Assembly (NCBI GenBank): GCA_963702205.1
Contig: OY969724.1
Span: 2,784,001-2,848,000, forward strand
Length of the DNA: 64,000 nt
Origin: an uncultured candidate division Zixibacteria bacterium
GTDB lineage: Bacteria; Zixibacteria; MSB-5A5; GN15; PGXB01
Direction: 5' to 3'
The notes below the pieces were generated by a model. That model had not been told where the DNA came from and did no database searches. It was given only the letters and a program-made list of their open reading frames with translations. Shown one piece after another: positions 58,465 to 64,000 of the stretch (the stretch's first letter is position 1; every line of letters begins with the position of its first letter). Made by a program: the position numbers and the translations under genes.

Positions 58465-59496
58465 TTACTTGGACTTCTTCTTTGCTGTTTTGCCCGGTTT
58501 GGCTGCCTTTTTCGGTTTGGCGGCAACCATCTTTGCTTTGGGTTTCGCTTTGGCCTTCGCGTTGGGCTTGGCCCTTTTGGCCGCGGCCCTGGTTTTCGAT
58601 CCGGCTTTAGTCGCTTTCTTTTTCTTTGCATCTAAAGCCGCTTTGATCAAAGTCGGGAGTTCCGTCGGAGACGCCGCCACCGGTATTCCTACGGCATTCA
58701 GAGCTTTTACTTTTTCCGCCGCGGTACCCGAACCGCCGGAAATGATTGCACCGGCATGGCCCATCCGCTTTCCGGGAGGCGCCGAACGACCGGCGATAAA
58801 TCCAACCACCGGCTTGGTCATATGTTTTTTGACGAATTTGGCGGCTTCTTCTTCATCGGAACCACCGATTTCGCCGATCATGACGACCGCTTTGGTCGAG
58901 CTGTCGGCCTCGAACATTTCGAGCGTGTCGATGAAGTTCGTCCCGATAATCTGGTCACCACCGATCCCGATACAGGTCGTCTGACCCAGACCGGCACTGG
59001 TCAGCGCCCAGATCGCTTCATAAGTCAGCGTGCCGGAGCGGGACACGACACCGATCGGCCCGTTCTTGACGATCGTTCCGGGCATGATGCCGACTTTCGA
59101 TTTTCCGGGGCTGATCAAACCGGGGCAATTGGGGCCGATCAACCTTACACCCTTTTGCTTCAGGTAATGATAGACCGGCATCATATCGTTGGCGGGAACA
59201 CCCTCGGTAATGCAGACGATCAATTTGATACCGGCGTCGGCCGCTTCGTAAATGGCGTCGATAGCAAAAGGCGGCGGCACATAAATTACCGATGTGTTGG
59301 CTTTGGTCGCCGCGACCGCTTCCGCCATCGAATTAAAAATCGGTATGCCGTTGATTTTCTGGCCGCCTTTACCCGGCGTCACGCCGCCGACTACTTGAGT
59401 GCCGTATTTCTTCATCTGTTCGGCATGAAAGGAACCATCACGGCCGGTGATTCCCTGCACGATCACTTTCGTCCGTTTGTCAATTATGATGCTCAT
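58465..59496 (-). CDS. sucD: Succinyl-CoA ligase alpha subunit with Lys/Ala-rich C-terminal tail
   Basis: [26 protein letters not shown] and MGHAGA motifs. Confidence 0.97.
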   Translation of the reverse strand: MSIIIDKRTKVIVQGITGRDGSFHAEQMKKYGTQVVGGVTPGKGGQKINGIPIFNSMAEAVAATKANTSVIYVPPPFAIDAIYEAADAGIKLIVCITEGVPANDMMPVYHYLKQKGVRLIGPNCPGLISPGKSKVGIMPGTIVKNGPIGVVSRSGTLTYEAIWALTSAGLGQTTCIGIGGDQIIGTNFIDTLEMFEADSSTKAVVMIGEIGGSDEEEAAKFVKKHMTKPVVGFIAGRSAPPGKRMGHAGAIISGGSGTAAEKVKALNAVGIPVAASPTELPTLIKAALDAKKKKATKAGSKTRAAAKRAKPNAKAKAKPKAKMVAAKPKKAAKPGKTAKKKSK

Positions 59497-60653
59497 ACGG
59501 CCCCTCCCACGGGTTGATATTCGGCCTCGGATAATTCTATGGCCTTCTTGACGATCTGGTCGAGCGTCTCGCCCGATTCCAGGTTCACCTTCTTGAGAAT
59601 CTTCAGAGCTTCTTTCTCATTCGTTCCGGTCAAGCGGACCACAATCGGGATCTCGGGTTTTAATTCTTCATAAGCCATAACAATTCCGTTGGCGACGTCG
59701 TCGCACCGCGTGATACCGCCGAATATGTTAATCAGAATCGCGCGGACGTTCGAGTCGCTTAAAATAATACGCATGGCCGTCAGGACTTTCTGAGGGTTGG
59801 ACGAGCCGCCAATATCGAGAAAGTTGGCCGGATCGCCGCCATAGTACTTGACCAGGTCCATGGTTGCCATGGCCAGCCCGGCGCCGTTGACGATGCATCC
59901 GATAGTGCCACTCAGTTTGACAAAACTCAGATCGCCTTCGCGGGCCGCAACTTCAGACGGCTCTTCGGCATCGAGATCGCGCATGGCTTCGATCTCTTTG
60001 TGACGATACAGACCATTGTCGTCGATGTTCAACTTGGCGTCGATAGCCAGCACTTTGCCGTCGGGCGTGGTGATCAGCGGGTTGATTTCCACCAGCGAGG
60101 CATTGACCGCCCAGAAGACTTCGTATAGCTTCATAATTATGTCAGCCGCCTGGCGAATGAGGCCGATGTCACGGTACAATTTCGACGCCAGTTCCCGGGC
60201 CTGATAAGCCTTCAGACCAAGAATAGGATCGACCGCCAGCTTGTGTATTTTTTCCGGAGTCCTGGCGGCGACTTCTTCGATATCTATCCCGCCGGCCGCC
60301 GAAACCATGATAACCGGGGCCTTCGAGGCGCGGTCTATGATGATACCAACATACGCCTCGGTGACAATATCGACGGCCTCGGTAATAAGGATCTTGTTGA
60401 CTTTGAGGCCTTTGATGTCCATGCCCAGAATCTTCTGAGCCCAAACGCGGGCGGCTTCGACGTTCTCTGCAAACTGAACGCCGCCGGCTTTTCCTCGGCC
60501 CCCAACGTGCACTTGTGATTTAACCATAACCGGGCGGCCGTACTTCTCGGCGATCGCTACGGCGTCGGCAACATTTTCGGCCACTTCACCCAGCGGAACC
60601 GGGATACCGTGCGCCGCAAAGATTTCTTTGGCCTGATACTCATGAATCTTCAT
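59493..60653 (-). CDS. sucC: Succinyl-CoA ligase beta subunit
   Basis: [34 protein letters not shown] and [10 protein letters not shown] motifs. Confidence 0.98.
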   Translation of the reverse strand: MKIHEYQAKEIFAAHGIPVPLGEVAENVADAVAIAEKYGRPVMVKSQVHVGGRGKAGGVQFAENVEAARVWAQKILGMDIKGLKVNKILITEAVDIVTEAYVGIIIDRASKAPVIMVSAAGGIDIEEVAARTPEKIHKLAVDPILGLKAYQARELASKLYRDIGLIRQAADIIMKLYEVFWAVNASLVEINPLITTPDGKVLAIDAKLNIDDNGLYRHKEIEAMRDLDAEEPSEVAAREGDLSFVKLSGTIGCIVNGAGLAMATMDLVKYYGGDPANFLDIGGSSNPQKVLTAMRIILSDSNVRAILINIFGGITRCDDVANGIVMAYEELKPEIPIVVRLTGTNEKEALKILKKVNLESGETLDQIVKKAIELSEAEYQPVGGAV

Positions 60654-60672
60654 TCGCTATCTCCGAATATAT

Positions 60673-62046
60673 TTAACTTAAACCTTTATTCTTCCTGTTG
60701 GCCAGGTACGACCCGGCAAATTCATATAATTTCGCTTCAGTATTGTCACTCGGTTCATCCAGGACTTTTTCTATCAGGTAATCCAATATTTCCCCTATCA
60801 CCGGTGACTCCGGCAGCGAGAATTTATTCATCAAATCGTTGCCGTCGATCGCCAGGTCTTTTACACTGAACGGAGGCTTGCGGTCGAGTTCTTCGTGGAT
60901 TTGTCTTTCGAATTCATCCACGTCGTCGGTTTTTCCGCCCATCCCCTGCGCTTCGACGTCGGCCCGGCGTAAATCGAGCAGGTCGAAAATCAGCTCGGTA
61001 CCGACCCTGCGAACAAGCCGGCGAAGGCCCTTATCGGTTACGTCCGTCGTGAACATATGACGCTCGACTAGAATCACGACGTTTTTTATTATCTCCGTGG
61101 AATAACGCAGGCGTTTTAAAACCGCTTTGGCTACTTCCGCCCCGGTACTTTCATGGCCGTAAAAAGTCGCCCCGGTTTCTGTCAGTCGTTTGGCTCGGGG
61201 CTTGGTGATGTCATGAAACAGCGCGGCCAGACGAATAGTCAAATCCTGCGGAGAAGCATCAATCGTACGTATCGTATGTTCGAAAACATCGTACGCATGA
61301 TACCCGCCCGGTTGATCGACACCGACCGTAAGCGCCAACTCCGGCAGAATCTGTTCCAAAAGCCCGGTCTCGTTCATCAGGCGAAATCCGATCGACGGTC
61401 TGGCCGCCAGAGTCAACATCTTGTTCAGCTCATCGGAAATTCGCTCAATCGAAACGGTATTTATCAAAGCACTGTTGGTCGATATGGCCTTGTACGTCTT
61501 TTCTTCGATTCCGAATTCAAAACGGGCCGCAAACTGTATCGCCCGCAACATGCGGAGAGGGTCCTCGAAAAACGCCTTCTCCGATACCATGCGGATTTTT
61601 TTGTTTTCCAGATCCGTCTTGCCGCCCAGCGGATCGATCAGGGCCGAATCGTCCAGTGCAAGAGCCATGGCATTGATCGTAAAGTCGCGGCGGGTCAGGT
61701 CGTCTTCGATACTGATCTCGGGATCGAAATTAACCTCGAAATCCCGGTGACCGACACCGGTCGAATACTCACGGCGCGGCAGGGCAATATCAAAAGTGTA
61801 CTTCTTGTCCAGATTTCTGAATTGAGTGAATTTGATAACCCCGAAAGACCGCCCCACCAGATCAACCCGCCCGTGCTCTTTGAGAATTTCCGACAGGTCC
61901 TGATATGGCACTCCGCAAACCAGGTAATCCCGATCCTCCGGGTTTATTGTCCGGTTAAGGAGGCTGTCGCGAACAGCCCCACCGACCTCGTATATCCGGC
62001 CTTTTTCAAGTATGGCCGCAACGACACTATCAGATATGCGACACAT
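60673..62046 (-). CDS. CCA tRNA nucleotidyltransferase / poly(A) polymerase family with HD domain
   Basis: VGGAVRD..L…DRD, DLTRRDFTINAMA, EDPLRMLR, H.YDV.EHT, LFHDI.KP and FYGHE motifs. Confidence 0.92.
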   Translation of the reverse strand: MCRISDSVVAAILEKGRIYEVGGAVRDSLLNRTINPEDRDYLVCGVPYQDLSEILKEHGRVDLVGRSFGVIKFTQFRNLDKKYTFDIALPRREYSTGVGHRDFEVNFDPEISIEDDLTRRDFTINAMALALDDSALIDPLGGKTDLENKKIRMVSEKAFFEDPLRMLRAIQFAARFEFGIEEKTYKAISTNSALINTVSIERISDELNKMLTLAARPSIGFRLMNETGLLEQILPELALTVGVDQPGGYHAYDVFEHTIRTIDASPQDLTIRLAALFHDITKPRAKRLTETGATFYGHESTGAEVAKAVLKRLRYSTEIIKNVVILVERHMFTTDVTDKGLRRLVRRVGTELIFDLLDLRRADVEAQGMGGKTDDVDEFERQIHEELDRKPPFSVKDLAIDGNDLMNKFSLPESPVIGEILDYLIEKVLDEPSDNTEAKLYEFAGSYLANRKNKGLS

Positions 62047-62048
62047 AA

Positions 62049-63005
62049 TCAATCGCGCACAATCCTCGTTCCTACACCGCCCCGCAATGCCTGTCCGGCA
62101 TTTTCAATGGAAGTAATAATTACTTCCCGTCCTCCACCTTCTATGAACTGAATGGCAGCTTCGATTTTGGGCCCCATCGACCCCGGCGGGAAGTGCTTCT
62201 TTGATAAGTACTCCTTCGCTTCCGAAACCGTCATTTTATCCAAATACTGTTGGTTCTTCTCTCCGAAATTAATCGCGACCTTATCGACCGACGTCAAAAT
62301 CAATAGGAACTCTGAGTTTATTTCGTGGGCCAGCACCGCCGAGGCGAAGTCCTTGTCGACGACGGCGTCGACGCCCTCATAGTTGCCGTTTCCGTCGATA
62401 TAAACCGGTATTCCGCCGCCGCCCACTGCGATTACGATGATCCCCTTGTCGATCAAATGCTTGATCGTCTCGGCTTCCACGACTGCGCGCGGACGCGGCG
62501 AGGCCACCACCCGACGCCAGCCGCGATCGGAATCTTTCTTCATGATCCAATCGCGTTCTTTTTCGTACCTGTGGGCAATTTCTTCTGAGTAAAACTGCCC
62601 GATGTACTTGGTCGGGTTCTTGATCTGGGGATCATCGAAGTCAACCAGCACTTGAGAAATGATCGTCACCACCGGGCGGTCGATATTTTCCTTGCGTAGA
62701 CGATTCTGGAGCGATTGCTCGATCATGTACCCCATCCCGCCTTCGGTGTCCGCCACACAAATTCCCAACGGCAAAATAGGCGCCTGTCCCCGGGCCAGTT
62801 CTACTCTCAGGATGGCATTGCCCACCTGCGGGCCATTCCCGTGAGAGATCACCAGCTTGTAGCCGTCCCGGGCGAGATCCACGATGCCGTCCAGCGATTG
62901 CCGCGTATTGGCGAACTGATTGGCGATCGTGTCTTCTTTTTCCGGGCGGGTAATGGCGTTGCCGCCGAGGGCGATTACCGCCGCCTTGCCGTTAAGTTTT
63001 ACCAT
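62049..63005 (-). CDS. arcC: Carbamate kinase
   Basis: ALGGNA, HGNGPQVG, PTK.IG, RRVV.SP.P, GGGGIPV, AVVDKD and GSMGPK motifs. Confidence 0.97.
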   Translation of the reverse strand: MVKLNGKAAVIALGGNAITRPEKEDTIANQFANTRQSLDGIVDLARDGYKLVISHGNGPQVGNAILRVELARGQAPILPLGICVADTEGGMGYMIEQSLQNRLRKENIDRPVVTIISQVLVDFDDPQIKNPTKYIGQFYSEEIAHRYEKERDWIMKKDSDRGWRRVVASPRPRAVVEAETIKHLIDKGIIVIAVGGGGIPVYIDGNGNYEGVDAVVDKDFASAVLAHEINSEFLLILTSVDKVAINFGEKNQQYLDKMTVSEAKEYLSKKHFPPGSMGPKIEAAIQFIEGGGREVIITSIENAGQALRGGVGTRIVRD

Positions 63006-63008
63006 ATT

Positions 63009-64000
63009 CTATTTTTTCTTGCCGCGCGACCGGGGCTTGCTCTCGGTCACTTTTACGCGGGAGGTAAGGACATCGACCAGGTCGGGCTTGCCGATTTCCT
63101 GCAGATCATAGTACACCCGAACCGACGGCTTTTTTATCTTGATGACACGGGTCAGGTCGATCGGCGTGGCCACGATAACCGTATCGCATTTGACTTTTTC
63201 TATCGTGTTTTCCAGGTCTTTCAATTGCTTTCCGAAATATCCCATGGCCGGAAGCAACGAACCGATGTCCGGATATTTCCTGAACGTATCGCTGATCGTC
63301 CCGACCGTGTACGGACGCGGGTCGATGACCTCAGCGGCTCCGAATTTGGCGGCGGCCATCATGCCCGCACCGTATTCCATCTCACCGTGGGTGGTGGTGG
63401 GACCGTCTTCGATCACCAGCACCTTTTTGCCTTCGATCAATTCCGGCTTGGCGACACTGATCGGGGAAGCGCAGTCCACCACAACGGCCTCAGGATTATA
63501 GGCGCGGATATTGTTGCGCAGCTGCACCACGCCGTCGGGCAAAGCCGTATCGATCTTGTTGATCACGATCACGTCGGCCAGCATGAAATTGTTCTGCCCG
63601 GGGAAATATTCCAGTTCGTGACCGGCCCGGTGCGGATCGACCACGGTAATCATGAGATCGGGTTTGTAGAACGGCATATCGTTGTTGCCACCGTCCCAGA
63701 GCACGACGTCGGCTTCTTTTTCCGCCTCGCGAATAATCATCTCATAATCGACACCGGCATAAACCACGCAGCCGCGATCGATATGCGGTTCGTACTCTTC
63801 CCGTTCTTCGATAGTACATTTATGCTTGTTCAGGTCGGCGTACGTCGCGAAACGCTGGCAGGCCTGTTTGGTCAGGTCACCGTACGGCATGGGGTGCCTG
63901 ATCACGACAACTTTCAGCCCCATGCTTTTTAAAATCTCCGCCACGCGACGGGTCGTCTGCGATTTGCCGCAACCGGTCCGGATAGCGCACACCGCCACGA
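63009..64000 (-). CDS. cPGS-like P-loop NTPase, probable arginine synthetase (ArcE type); 5' truncated
   Basis: VAVCAIRTGCGKSQTTR, RHPMPYGDL, CTIEEREEYEPH, WDGGNND, EDGPT.THG and LPAMGY motifs; immediately upstream of arcC. Confidence 0.8.
   Translation of the reverse strand, partial: VAVCAIRTGCGKSQTTRRVAEILKSMGLKVVVIRHPMPYGDLTKQACQRFATYADLNKHKCTIEEREEYEPHIDRGCVVYAGVDYEMIIREAEKEADVVLWDGGNNDMPFYKPDLMITVVDPHRAGHELEYFPGQNNFMLADVIVINKIDTALPDGVVQLRNNIRAYNPEAVVVDCASPISVAKPELIEGKKVLVIEDGPTTTHGEMEYGAGMMAAAKFGAAEVIDPRPYTVGTISDTFRKYPDIGSLLPAMGYFGKQLKDLENTIEKVKCDTVIVATPIDLTRVIKIKKPSVRVYYDLQEIGKPDLVDVLTSRVKVTESKPRSRGKKK

Noticed and set aside
1896..63932. Many long antisense or alternate-frame ORFs in the track (e.g. 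1896-2816+, 21066-22022+, 34731-35633+, 48210-49376-, 61153-62151+, 62715-63932+)
   Set aside because: They are shadows of well-identified genes on the opposite strand, with no recognisable motifs or RBS.

Overview
Mostly core chromosome of a diderm bacterium. FlgD-Ig/T9SS-type C-terminal sorting domains, a PorV-like barrel, lapAB and GTAG-type REPs suggest an FCB-group lineage such as Zixibacteria; this taxonomy is inference only. Most genes are on the minus strand. In window order: a TPR protein and CDF transporter; two secreted proteins; bS22-like/HU, sppA, mltD, miaA-mutL-mutS, SPOR and lapAB; an exopolysaccharide/signalling block at 18.7-34.5 kb; folD-ymdB-rny-zapAB-pheTS-rplT-rpmI-infC-thrS-tRNA-Val; a plus-strand hbd-ackA-nfnAB operon; a TCA operon (sucCD, korDABC, ndk, larA-like, mdh, icd); then cca, arcC and a probable arginine synthetase. 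The best candidate for an undescribed system is 23.8-34.5 kb: a giant secreted protein, a PorV-like barrel with TPRs, a membrane RsbW-kinase/HAMP/PP2C protein, a STAS protein joined to an HTH-like domain only through a -1 shift at an A9/A_AAA_AAG site, and a diguanylate cyclase upstream of EPS export genes. Other notable items: an orphan hairpin sRNA with an anti-SD-like loop, sigma54- and sigma28-like promoters, a histone-H1-like tail on SucD and a very basic Icd. Three other single-base frameshifts, one in essential infC, suggest assembly indel errors, so the programmed-frameshift claim needs read-level checking. No CRISPR, rRNA, transposase or prophage was seen.
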